Positions 10,222-19,365 of a stretch of 64,000 bases of DNA are shown piece by piece (the first letter of the stretch is position 1; the number at the start of each line of letters is the position of its first letter). Origin of the DNA: Promethearchaeota archaeon (GTDB lineage Archaea > Asgardarchaeota > Thorarchaeia > Thorarchaeales > Thorarchaeaceae); the NCBI GenBank assembly GCA_014728035.1, contig WJMJ01000059.1, forward strand, positions 288,001-352,000, read 5' to 3'. The position numbers were made by a program, and so were the translations under genes. The notes beneath the pieces are model-generated. The model saw nothing but the letters and a program-made list of their open reading frames with translations. It was not told the DNA's origin and searched no databases.

Positions 10222-11769
10222 CTAAGAAATTTCCCTTGTTTTGAGATATTTATGAATTGGGACTGGTGAACCGTTTTTCCTCGCTTCGAATCTGTCTTTT
10301 TCAATAAACAACTCATAACGGGTCTCTGCTCCTTTTAGCTTTGAAAGAACTATTATTTTTAGTTTTACTTTCTCTGAAAGATTAGGAATATCAAATAATT
10401 GATTAAACCGTCTTATTCTTCCCTTGAATGCTCTTTCAGGGTCGAGAGCTTCTATATCTTCATTGTCAAATATGAACTCCATAACCATGAAATCATCTTC
10501 AACATAGATTTTTGTTCGACAGAATTCTTCAATATATTGTCTGAACTGATTTGCTCTGGAGATTCGAGAGAATTCTTCAATCTCATCTATCAATGCTAGA
10601 AATGAAGAAAGATTGTTGAATTCCCTCATTCTATATCCTCGACTTGTATGGTCTGATATAGCTGTAAGTATCTGCATTTTTGCAAAGGTTCTTGGTAAAT
10701 CGAAGACATCAAGAGGAATATCTGCGATGTTTGAGTATGTTATTGTCATATCAGTAAATGCGGAAACAATTTTCATCAATAGAAAAGCACTCATTATTCC
10801 ATGAGCATACCTCTCGAAGTCATCTGAAAATCTCATCATCCTTGCTGTGTTTTTGTGGAACCAACATTTGATTTGGTATAGTTGTCTAAGGATGTGCACC
10901 TGTTCTGGTGTGCATGATTTGATAAGCTCCTTGACTTCTGGTAGGAAAGCAGGTATTTTGCCTTTGGAATGTGCTATTGCTGTAAGTTCATTTGTTTTTT
11001 CAACAATATGTTTTACTAGTTCATACTCGTGAAAGGTCAGGTCTCGATCCCGAGGACCTACAAATACATCATATCCCATTATTTCAATGAAATTTTCAAT
11101 ATAGAATTGTTGACTTGACTCAAATTGAAAATGAAATTCTCCAAATTGTGATATCGAAAAGTAAGGTAGCACTTTTCCTATTGCTTTGTTTATCTTCACT
11201 ATCTTGTTCAATGGATAGCCTAAATCGTGTGTCAAGGCTGCAACACATCTTGCAGCTCCAATACTAGAAACGAACGGATCCATTTCTTTTATCGTGGAAA
11301 GCAATTCTCCAAAGATTTCTTTCGAGTCTAGCTCTGTGTATATTTTTTTGTAATGCTCTCGAACTTGAAAAGATTGGTAAAAATTCTCAAAGAATGGCTG
11401 GAATTCTTTCTTACGGAACACATACTCCCCCAAAAAATACACCCACAACGAATGCAATGTGTGGTCTCGATAGAATGAATCTGAGGCAAATATTAGCTCT
11501 TCAAAAGACACAAACTCGTCAAAATATCTAAACAGCTCATCATACCCCATCTTGTTTGGATCAATATACTCCATTGCAGCTTCAAAGAGAAGTTTCCAAA
11601 GGTCTCGGGCACATTCGATTCTATCATGTAGGGAGTTTGATTCTTTCAATTTCTGAATACTAATTATAATACTCTCTGCTTTTGCTGGCTTGTCCTTAAG
11701 AAAATGTATCTCATCCTCTTTTAGCAAGTGTAGATAGTAGTCCATAACTACGGTTTCATCCAATTCCAT
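10222..11769 (-). CDS. HD-domain metal-dependent phosphohydrolase
   Basis: YRDHTLHSLWVY, AALTHDLGYP, HGIMSA, DH and DEIEEFSR motifs. Confidence 0.75.
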   Translation of the reverse strand: MELDETVVMDYYLHLLKEDEIHFLKDKPAKAESIIISIQKLKESNSLHDRIECARDLWKLLFEAAMEYIDPNKMGYDELFRYFDEFVSFEELIFASDSFYRDHTLHSLWVYFLGEYVFRKKEFQPFFENFYQSFQVREHYKKIYTELDSKEIFGELLSTIKEMDPFVSSIGAARCVAALTHDLGYPLNKIVKINKAIGKVLPYFSISQFGEFHFQFESSQQFYIENFIEIMGYDVFVGPRDRDLTFHEYELVKHIVEKTNELTAIAHSKGKIPAFLPEVKELIKSCTPEQVHILRQLYQIKCWFHKNTARMMRFSDDFERYAHGIMSAFLLMKIVSAFTDMTITYSNIADIPLDVFDLPRTFAKMQILTAISDHTSRGYRMREFNNLSSFLALIDEIEEFSRISRANQFRQYIEEFCRTKIYVEDDFMVMEFIFDNEDIEALDPERAFKGRIRRFNQLFDIPNLSEKVKLKIIVLSKLKGAETRYELFIEKDRFEARKNGSPVPIHKYLKTREIS

Positions 11770-11878
11770 TGTTTCCACACTGAATGCGATTTTGTTACAT
11801 TTTCTTTTAGTGTTTTGTTTTTTATTATGAAACAAACAGTATTAAACAAGAAACGAAAGTAATGATATGGAGATATAG

Positions 11879-12727
11879 TTGACATCTATAAATTCGTTCT
11901 ATATTGTGGATGCATTTACTGACAAGATTTTCACAGGTAATCCTGCTGCTATTCTTCTGAATCCCGTTATATTACCTGACACCACTATGCAACGTATTGC
12001 TCGAGAATTTAATCTCTCTGAGACTGCATTTCCCACACCTATAGAAGGCTCATCCTTTGAACAACCTTATAGGTTCAATCTCCGTTGGTTCACTCCAACT
12101 GTTGAGGTTCCTCTGTGTGGACATGCAACTCTTGCCACCGCACATGTTATCCTCTCCGAACTTGGAAACTCTAATTCTAAACTCGTCTTTTCTACACACT
12201 CTGGTGATCTCGTCATTTCACGTGATGGAGATTTCTATGTGATGGATTTTCCTTCGGGTGTAGCTCAACCTGTAGATATCTATGAAGATGTACTGAAGGC
12301 TCTCAAACTTGGACAAAACGATGTCGAAGAGATGTTGTACTGTGAAGAACCGAATAAACTTCTTGTAGTATTGCGTGATGTTGATGTGGTTCGGAATGTT
12401 ACACCTGATTTTCCCTGTCTTCTTGAGGTTTCAAAGAATCTGAATGCCGGAAGTGTAATTGTGACAGCCTTATCTCCATCTTCTAAATACGACTTCATCT
12501 CACGAAATTTTGCACCTCTACATGGTGTGAATGAAGATCCTGTTACGGGTTCCTCACATGTCATACTTGGTCCCTATTGGCAAAAACGATTAGACAAATA
12601 CCAGCTGCGTGCCTATCAGGCTAGTACACGTGGCGGCTCCATGGAACTGGAAATTCGAAGTTCCGGAAGAATACTTCTCAAAGGCACAGCTCGTACAGTC
12701 GCAAAAGGCACTATGAATGTCGAGTAG
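11879..12727 (+). CDS. PhzF-family isomerase/epimerase
   Basis: VDAFT..GNPAA, NLSETAF, RWFTP.VEVPLCGHATLA and EDPVTGS. Confidence 0.92.
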   Translation: MTSINSFYIVDAFTDKIFTGNPAAILLNPVILPDTTMQRIAREFNLSETAFPTPIEGSSFEQPYRFNLRWFTPTVEVPLCGHATLATAHVILSELGNSNSKLVFSTHSGDLVISRDGDFYVMDFPSGVAQPVDIYEDVLKALKLGQNDVEEMLYCEEPNKLLVVLRDVDVVRNVTPDFPCLLEVSKNLNAGSVIVTALSPSSKYDFISRNFAPLHGVNEDPVTGSSHVILGPYWQKRLDKYQLRAYQASTRGGSMELEIRSSGRILLKGTARTVAKGTMNVE

Positions 12728-12790
12728 TATTCCAACAAATGAAATGAGGATATCTGAAGAGGTTAAAATCCCCTTCAGTACCAATCGTAA

Positions 12791-13201
12791 TTATTTCAGT
12801 GGCACGTACTGGCTACTCTTTGTAGCACCAATTCCTGGATTGCCATGTCTTACACGCTTGGTCGTTATTGCAAATTCGCCAAGAACATGTCCAATCATTT
12901 GTGGGAGTATTTTGATTCGAGTGAATTCTCTTCCGTTGTGGATAGCAACAGTGAGATCAACCATCTCGGGAAGGATGACCATATCTCTACAATGAGTTTT
13001 GACAACCGCGTCTTTGCCCTTTCTTTGGGACTTGCGAGCGGCACGTAGTTTCATGAGTAATTTTTTCTGGCGTGGCGGCAGGCCTCTTCTAAGAGTACGT
13101 CTTCTTCGAGAGGGTAGGAGCTCGATTAGTTCATCCATATTCATTTTTGCTAGGTCTTCGAGCTTATGACCGCGATACATTGGTTCGCCTTTTCGTGACA
13201 T
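12791..13201 (-). CDS. rps19p: 30S ribosomal protein uS19 (S19P)
   Basis: YRG..LE.L, RR.LRRGL, KTHCRDMVILPEM, GHVLGEFA and GIGATKSSQYVPLK archaeal/eukaryotic C-terminus. Confidence 0.97.
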   Translation of the reverse strand: MSRKGEPMYRGHKLEDLAKMNMDELIELLPSRRRRTLRRGLPPRQKKLLMKLRAARKSQRKGKDAVVKTHCRDMVILPEMVDLTVAIHNGREFTRIKILPQMIGHVLGEFAITTKRVRHGNPGIGATKSSQYVPLK

Positions 13202-13295
13202 TATATTCACCCGAGATAATAGTCGGAGGTACTATTGACTGCTCCGAACAGTGTTGAACCATTGGTTTGATAATTTAAACGTTATGTAGTAGACA

Positions 13296-13853
13296 CTATG
13301 ATGATTTCTGTTTTGCTCTCTTAATATCATTAATCGCGTCTTCTAATTGGCCTGCTTGAATCATAGCATCGCGAACCCATGTCAGGGCATATTCCAGTCC
13401 TGGATCTCGCGTAAGAGCGACTCTCGCTAAATCTATAGCCTGTTCCCAATTTTCTAACTCGTAGTGAATCTCGGCCATGTGTAGTACTGCAAGGGGCTGG
13501 CGTTCTTCGATTTCAAGCGCGGTTTGGAAAGCGGCAAGTGCTTCTTGATACATACCTAATTTACGGTAGAATACGCCCCTATTGAAGATTGGAACTGGAT
13601 CATCAGGAGCGAGCTTAGCTGCTTTGTCTAGAAGTATGAGTGCCTCTTCAGTTTCTTCACTTGTTCTTTTCGGATCGTCTTGAACTTCCAGCAGTGCTAC
13701 TGCGAGAGCTACCATAGAATTGCTGTCATTTGGATCAGCTCGAATGATATCTCTGAACATCTCTATGGATTCCTCAATCTTCCCCTCCGACAAAAGACGT
13801 GCAGCTTTGTCGTATTCCTTGTTTCTTTTTCTGAATAGAGGCATAAATGACAC
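13296..13853 (-). CDS. TPR-repeat protein
   Basis: Canonical TPR pattern (FNRGVFYRKLGMYQEALAAFQTALEI). Confidence 0.85.
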   Translation of the reverse strand: MSFMPLFRKRNKEYDKAARLLSEGKIEESIEMFRDIIRADPNDSNSMVALAVALLEVQDDPKRTSEETEEALILLDKAAKLAPDDPVPIFNRGVFYRKLGMYQEALAAFQTALEIEERQPLAVLHMAEIHYELENWEQAIDLARVALTRDPGLEYALTWVRDAMIQAGQLEDAINDIKRAKQKSS

Positions 13854-13906
13854 CTCATCGCGATACTCTTAAGTTAATACCTATCTGCATGCGAATGTGA
13901 AACGAA

Positions 13907-15262
13907 ATGGGCAGGATTTTTGGAACAAACGGTGTAAGAGCAACTATCAATGATGACCTCACTGTAGATATGGTTCTTAATCTAAGTCGTGCGATTGGAA
14001 CAGTATTGAACGGTACGATTGCAATATCTCGTGACTCTCGTATGGGTGGGGAGATGTTTAGTAGAGCTGTGGTTTCAGGACTATTATCTACTGGTTGTTC
14101 CGTAATCGATTTAGGTCCCATGCCCACTCCTGGTCTGCAATTCATGGTCCCTCGACTTGGATGCATTGCTGGTGTGATGGTTACAGCCTCCCATAACCCC
14201 CCTTCCTTTAATGGCCTTAAGGTAATGGGTGCAAATGGAATTGAAATCACTCGTGAGACCGAAGGTTTGATTGAGGATGTATTCTTCGAAAAATCGTTCA
14301 CTATTGCAAAGTGGCATGATATTGGGTCAGTTCAGTCTTATGAAACCGCTATTTCTGATTATATTGAAGGGATAAAGAAACATGTTGATGTTCCAGCTAT
14401 TCAAGAGCGAAAACTTACTGTTGTAGTGGATGGGGCGAATAGTGTTGGTTCTTTAGTTACTCCAATCCTCATGCGCGAACTGGGTTGCAAAGTCATTTCT
14501 CTCAATTCACAACTTGATGGGCATTTTCCCGGACGCATGCCCGAACCCCTACCAAAAAACCTTCTAGACCTAAGTTCAGTAGTTCGTTCTGTTGGTGCTG
14601 ATGTAGGTATTGCTCATGATGGTGATGCAGATCGTGCGACATTTGTCGACAAGGATGGAACCGTGCTGTGGGGTGACCAATCATTTGCTCTTATTGCAGT
14701 TCGTGTACTAAATAAGAAAAATGGGTCTACGCTTATTACTCCTGTTAGTAGTGGCAGACTCGTCGAAGATATTGCAGATGCTGCCGATGCTAGAATTCTA
14801 TGGACTGAAGTTGGGAGCGTTGTTGTTTCTCATAAGTTGCTTGAAACTGGAGCTGAACTTGGTGGTGAGGAGAACGGTGGAGTTTTCTATCCTCCTCATC
14901 TCTGTGCTCGTGATGGAGCAATGACCGCAGCACAGATTGTGGAAATCATGGCTATTGAGAACAAACCGCTATCGGAACTCGTAAGGGGATTGCCTACATA
15001 TTTCAGCACAAAAATCAAAGTACCTGTGCCCGCAGATAAAAAATCTCTACTTTTGGAACCAATTCTTGAAATCACTTCTGACTTGGATCGGATAACTATC
15101 GATGGTGTAAAACTCATGTACGATGATGGATGGGTACTAATGCGCCCATCTGGAACTGAACCACTCTGGAGAGTATTCGCTGAGGCTAAGACCCAGAAAG
15201 AGGCTGACGAATTAGTTGAAAAGGGAAAATCAATTATTGAAGAGGCTATTAATAAAATCTAG
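13907..15262 (+). CDS. glmM: Phosphoglucosamine mutase / phosphomannomutase-phosphoglucomutase
   Basis: FGTNGVR, TASHNP catalytic Ser, DGDADR metal loop, GGEENGG and RPSGTEP. Confidence 0.9.
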   Translation: MGRIFGTNGVRATINDDLTVDMVLNLSRAIGTVLNGTIAISRDSRMGGEMFSRAVVSGLLSTGCSVIDLGPMPTPGLQFMVPRLGCIAGVMVTASHNPPSFNGLKVMGANGIEITRETEGLIEDVFFEKSFTIAKWHDIGSVQSYETAISDYIEGIKKHVDVPAIQERKLTVVVDGANSVGSLVTPILMRELGCKVISLNSQLDGHFPGRMPEPLPKNLLDLSSVVRSVGADVGIAHDGDADRATFVDKDGTVLWGDQSFALIAVRVLNKKNGSTLITPVSSGRLVEDIADAADARILWTEVGSVVVSHKLLETGAELGGEENGGVFYPPHLCARDGAMTAAQIVEIMAIENKPLSELVRGLPTYFSTKIKVPVPADKKSLLLEPILEITSDLDRITIDGVKLMYDDGWVLMRPSGTEPLWRVFAEAKTQKEADELVEKGKSIIEEAINKI

Positions 15263-15283
15263 ATTTTTTGAGAAGAAGTGAAA

Positions 15284-15311
15284 TGCGAGATGACAATTTC
15301 ACCATCTCGCA
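15284..15311. terminator. Hairpin between convergent genes
   Basis: TGCGAGATG-N10-CATCTCGCA inverted repeat. Confidence 0.55.
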
Positions 15312-15340
15312 AAGCATTTAGGAAACGTAATGCGCTTTCC

Positions 15341-15676
15341 TTAGTCTTCTTCGTCATCATCCTCGTCTGCAGACTCTTCATCGAAATCAAAGTCTTCGAG
15401 AGGTTCTGGAGCGGGGGTTGTAATCATTGTCCAACCAATCCACATTGCAATAATCATAATCAATACTGCAGCTGCCCAGATTGGGAGAATGATAAGGAAC
15501 ATTGGATCTGGTAATAATATGTCTTGTAGTAGTCCGTCGACCATTGGATCAACAATTGCTCTGATGTCTGCGCCATTCCATGGGTTCTGCAATAGAACCA
15601 ACGCCCATGTATAGTAAATTAGCACTAAGAATGCGAAGATGAATATGAGTGCGCCAAGAATCTTTTCTTTGCCCAT
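15341..15676 (-). CDS. Two-TM protein resembling DPM2/PIG-P, with acidic tail
   Basis: G..I.....L..YYTW...L in TM1 and LP....I.LP......L......IG..M in TM2; GGTGG SD. Confidence 0.6.
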   Translation of the reverse strand: MGKEKILGALIFIFAFLVLIYYTWALVLLQNPWNGADIRAIVDPMVDGLLQDILLPDPMFLIILPIWAAAVLIMIIAMWIGWTMITTPAPEPLEDFDFDEESADEDDDEED

Positions 15677-15857
15677 TTATGTTTCCACCTAATGTAGTTT
15701 TGAAACTACTGAGGTTTGGATGTCACGTCAATAAAAGCATTATGTAAGTTCAAAAATGCTTGATGTAACATGGAAAAATATTGCTAGTGCGAACGGCTTA
15801 TAATGTTCTAATCCTCAACCGGTTCTCAGAAAACCCACATACTTTAGGGGTCTTGCT

Positions 15858-16646
15858 ATGAAGATTATCGTTCCCGTTAAACAAGTACCCGAAGTCGCTG
15901 AAGTAAAGGTTAATCCAGATACTGGGACACTGATTCGAGATGGTGTACCAAGTATTCTAAATCCCTTCGATGAGCTGGCTGTTGAAGCTGCTATTCAATT
16001 GAAGGAGGCTCATGGTGGCGAAGTTACAATTATCACAATGGGTCCGCCACAAGCAAAGGATGCCATTTACAAAGCCCTCGCAATGGGCGGCGACAAGGCG
16101 GTACACATGACCGACCGTGCGTTTGCAGGTGCTGATACCTGGGCTACTGCTTATACTCTTGGAAAACAAATTGAAAAGATGGAATTCGACCTTATCATCT
16201 GTGGCAAGCAAGCCATTGATGGGGATACTGCTCAAGTAGGGCCCGAGATAGCAGAGGTCCTTGGAATTCCCCAGATTTGTTACGCCCGTCACATTGAGAT
16301 GACCGAAGATGGCAAGAGTGTTATCGTTCATCGCGAAACCGATGAAGGTTACGAAGTAGTCAAAGCTAGGTTGCCTGTTCTTATTACCGCAACCAAAGGT
16401 CTGAATGAACCTCGTTTGCCAAACATCATGGGTATTATGAAAGCGAAAAAGAAACCTCTTGAGGAAGTGAACGCTGAATCTTTAGGCGTTCCTGAAGATG
16501 AAATTGGTCTTAAAGGCTCACCAACCCAAGTTCGAAAGGTGTTTCCTCCCGAGAAAAAGGCTGGCGGCATCAAGGTAGAAGTTGAAGATCCGAAAGAAGT
16601 TGCGAAGAAGCTTGTTGAGTTTCTCGCAGAGAAGGGGGCTATATAA
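15858..16646 (+). CDS. etfB: Electron transfer flavoprotein beta subunit
   Basis: KQVP, NPFDE, GADTWAT and GKQAIDGDTAQVGP. Confidence 0.95.
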   Translation: MKIIVPVKQVPEVAEVKVNPDTGTLIRDGVPSILNPFDELAVEAAIQLKEAHGGEVTIITMGPPQAKDAIYKALAMGGDKAVHMTDRAFAGADTWATAYTLGKQIEKMEFDLIICGKQAIDGDTAQVGPEIAEVLGIPQICYARHIEMTEDGKSVIVHRETDEGYEVVKARLPVLITATKGLNEPRLPNIMGIMKAKKKPLEEVNAESLGVPEDEIGLKGSPTQVRKVFPPEKKAGGIKVEVEDPKEVAKKLVEFLAEKGAI

Positions 16647-17845
16647 TGGGTCTAATTTACAAAGAAGATGTTTGTACTGGCTGTATGCTCTGTCCCAAGG
16701 TCTGTAATTTTGGAGCTATCGAAGAAGATGGTGACAAGGTCAAATTTGACTTGGATAAGTGTGTCCTTTGTGGTTCATGTGAAGAAGTCTGTCCTGTTGA
16801 TGCAATTGACATTGAACGACAGGTGATTGATAAAGAACACATTGCTCAATACAAGGATGTATGGGTTTGGTGTGAAACTCATGATGGTAGATTAAGAAGC
16901 GTAGCTCGTGAATTGGTTTCTGAAGGACGTGAGCTTGCTGACAAATTGAATGAGCAAGTAGTTGCTGTTCTCTTAGGACATAACGTTGAAGGTCTTGCAG
17001 AATCCCTCATTCACCAAGGTGCGGACAAAGTCTTAGTTGTGGACAAAGAGATTCTCACCGATTATACTACTGATGCATATACTATTGCTATGACAACCCT
17101 CATTGCTCCCAGAAAACCCTCTATTGTGCTATTTGGTGCAACAGGAAATGGACGTGATTTGGCTCCGCGCGTAGCAGCAAGAATGGCACTTGGTCTCACA
17201 GCTGATTGTACTGGTCTTGATATTGATGATGAGCGTCAATTGGTACAGACTCGTCCTGCATTTGGAGGTAACATCATGGCAGAGATTCTCTGTCCATATA
17301 CTCGCCCTCAGATGGCCACAGTTCGTCCCAACGTTTTCAAACCCACTGAACCCGATACTTCACGTACTGGTGATATTGAGAAGGTTGAGGTTGAAATCCG
17401 ACCCAATCAGGTTCGAACAAAAGTTCTTGAGAAAGTTAGTGAAGTTGTAGCTGGTATGAAATCTGTTGAAGAAGCTGATGTTGTCGTTTGTAGTGGTAGA
17501 GGGATCAAAGAACCAGCAAATCTAGAACTCCCTCAGAAACTAGCTGAAACTCTCGATGCAGCGGTTGGAGGTTCTCGTCCTATTGTAGATCTTGGTTGGC
17601 TTCCTCCAACTCAACAAGTTGGGCAGTCTGGGCGCACCATCTGTCCAAAACTATACTTTGCTCTCGGAATATCAGGGGCTATTCAACATGTGGCTGGTAT
17701 GTCCAGTTCTGATATTGTAGTAGCGATTAACAAGGATCCTGAAGCACCCATCTTTGAGATTGCTGACTATGGTATTGTTGGAGACCTCTTTGATGTGCTT
17801 CCACATGTTATTGAGGAGATTAAAAGAATAAAGGCTGAACGATGA
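16646..17845 (+). CDS. etfA: Electron transfer flavoprotein alpha subunit with N-terminal 2x[4Fe-4S] ferredoxin domain
   Basis: CTGCMLCPKVC and CVLCGSCEEVCP; GLTADC, RPAFGG, QVGQSG and GISGAIQH; TAATG overlap with etfB. Confidence 0.95.
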   Translation: MGLIYKEDVCTGCMLCPKVCNFGAIEEDGDKVKFDLDKCVLCGSCEEVCPVDAIDIERQVIDKEHIAQYKDVWVWCETHDGRLRSVARELVSEGRELADKLNEQVVAVLLGHNVEGLAESLIHQGADKVLVVDKEILTDYTTDAYTIAMTTLIAPRKPSIVLFGATGNGRDLAPRVAARMALGLTADCTGLDIDDERQLVQTRPAFGGNIMAEILCPYTRPQMATVRPNVFKPTEPDTSRTGDIEKVEVEIRPNQVRTKVLEKVSEVVAGMKSVEEADVVVCSGRGIKEPANLELPQKLAETLDAAVGGSRPIVDLGWLPPTQQVGQSGRTICPKLYFALGISGAIQHVAGMSSSDIVVAINKDPEAPIFEIADYGIVGDLFDVLPHVIEEIKRIKAER

Positions 17846-17851
17846 AACCGC

Positions 17852-17890
17852 AAGCATGGCATCTCTGGTGCTATGCTTTTTTCTTTTCTT
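17852..17890 (+). terminator. Hairpin plus T-tract terminator of etfBA
   Basis: AAGCATGGCA-N7-TGCTATGCTT followed by a T-rich run. Confidence 0.65.
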
Positions 17891-17973
17891 GATTAACTAA
17901 CTTTCAATAATGAGATATAAGAGGCGGGACACAGTTTAAACTGCTCCCCGCAAAAAACCTCTTTTCCGACCTT

Positions 17974-18165
17974 TTACAAGTCGTATGCTTTCAAGGTCTT
18001 TCGACCATTGGCTTTACAGCGTTCAACAGCAGCAAGAAGCATTTCGTGAATCTTCTCATTAACTGCATCATATGAATCTGAGCCAACCATCATGTTGTGT
18101 TGTTTTGCAAAATCCTGAATTCCTTTCTTTACAAAAAAGGTAATGTCTGTTTTTTTCTTTGCCAT
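17974..18165 (-). CDS. Short histone-fold protein (alpha3-truncated type)
   Basis: 63 aa; long central helix ending A.ERCKANGRKTLKAYDL (RxTxxxxD histone motif); GAGGGGTG SD. Confidence 0.8.
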   Translation of the reverse strand: MAKKKTDITFFVKKGIQDFAKQHNMMVGSDSYDAVNEKIHEMLLAAVERCKANGRKTLKAYDL

Positions 18166-18391
18166 TTTTTCGACACACCCCTCGAAATGTGGGGAAGAAC
18201 AATGTCTCGTGGTTATTTATAAGGGTTTTTCGTTGCCCTATAGTCGCTCTGTAGACTCTCTACGGCACATTGGAAATTGGAATCATCTTCTATTTTTCGT
18301 TAATAATCTCTATATTACGAAAATTGATGTAATTTAACCGAATGAAAAACTTTATATTAAAAATGTACATTATTACAGTTAGTGAACAACA

Positions 18392-18502
18392 ATGAAACGT
18401 ACTAGATTAGAAAACAAACAGGATTTCCGTACGATTCCTAAGTCATCACGCGACTTTTTGGATGTGTACGGAATTCACTCAACAAGGATTACAAGGAGGT
18501 AG
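18392..18502 (+). CDS. Putative 36-aa leader peptide/uORF (MKRTRLENKQDFRTIPKSSRDFLDVYGIHSTRITRR)
   Basis: ATG after a TTTATA box at 18351 and a GTGA SD-like element; terminal AGG AGG TAG forms the SD of the next gene. Confidence 0.45.
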   Translation: MKRTRLENKQDFRTIPKSSRDFLDVYGIHSTRITRR

Positions 18503-18507
18503 TTTTG

Positions 18508-19365
18508 ATGAGTGAGGATAAAACATCAATAGATGAAGTTCGTAAAGAACTGGAAGAGATTAGAAGGCTGAAAGAAACTCTCAAAAAGGAAATTGAAGAA
18601 GTCCGTCTTGAGAAGGAACAACAGACACATCAAGAGGAAACGGATTCTGCACAACTTCATGCTGCGAAAGCAAAAGAACTTGCACGAGCTGCCCGAATAG
18701 AGGCGAAACGTGCAAGAAAGGAAGCAAGAAGAATCGCACGCGAAAAAGGAAGAAAACATGAACGTAGATTACCTCCAATAGTTGATCTTAGTGGGATTAC
18801 TGAAGGACTGGAAGCAATGATGGAGGATATTGGCACACAAATTGATGATGCATTTGGATCCATTGATGAAATTGATGCAAAAATCAAGATGCCAACGTTT
18901 AGAATGAAGACTCACACAAAGCGAGAAAAAGATGAATTTGAGCGAGAAATTGAGCTTATTCCTCCGGAGCAGGTTGCAAAAGTTGTCAGTCCATTAGGAC
19001 ACGAAGAACGTCTACGAATACTGGATTTTCTAAAAGATGGAGGAAAGACTTTCAAAGAGATTGAGGAACACATTGGAAAGACTGGCAGTTCTCTAACTCA
19101 CCATCTTAATCCTCTTCTAGATGCGAAATATCTTGTGAAAGGTGCCGTTCGTGGAACTTACTATGTTACTGTTGAAGGCAGATTGGCTTATCGTTTAGCT
19201 CAATGGTTGACTCATCGCGTTGAAAACCAGCGGCTTGAAAATGGTGACAATAAATCGCAAACTGAATCTGAGCAACCTTCAGATAATGAAGAACCAATTG
19301 ATGAAACGGTTGATATTCAATTTGAAGATGATGACACAGATGACTTTGTGGAGGATGATTGGTAA
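18508..19365 (+). CDS. ArsR/wHTH transcriptional regulator with N-terminal coiled coil
   Basis: LGHEERLRILDFL, SSLTHHL..L and GTYYVTVEG; GGAGGT SD. Confidence 0.85.
   Translation: MSEDKTSIDEVRKELEEIRRLKETLKKEIEEVRLEKEQQTHQEETDSAQLHAAKAKELARAARIEAKRARKEARRIAREKGRKHERRLPPIVDLSGITEGLEAMMEDIGTQIDDAFGSIDEIDAKIKMPTFRMKTHTKREKDEFEREIELIPPEQVAKVVSPLGHEERLRILDFLKDGGKTFKEIEEHIGKTGSSLTHHLNPLLDAKYLVKGAVRGTYYVTVEGRLAYRLAQWLTHRVENQRLENGDNKSQTESEQPSDNEEPIDETVDIQFEDDDTDDFVEDDW

Noticed and set aside
13855-14301. 148-aa antisense ORF (and many similar 60-155 aa shadow ORFs in the track)
   Set aside because: They lie antisense or out of frame within well-supported genes and carry no motifs.
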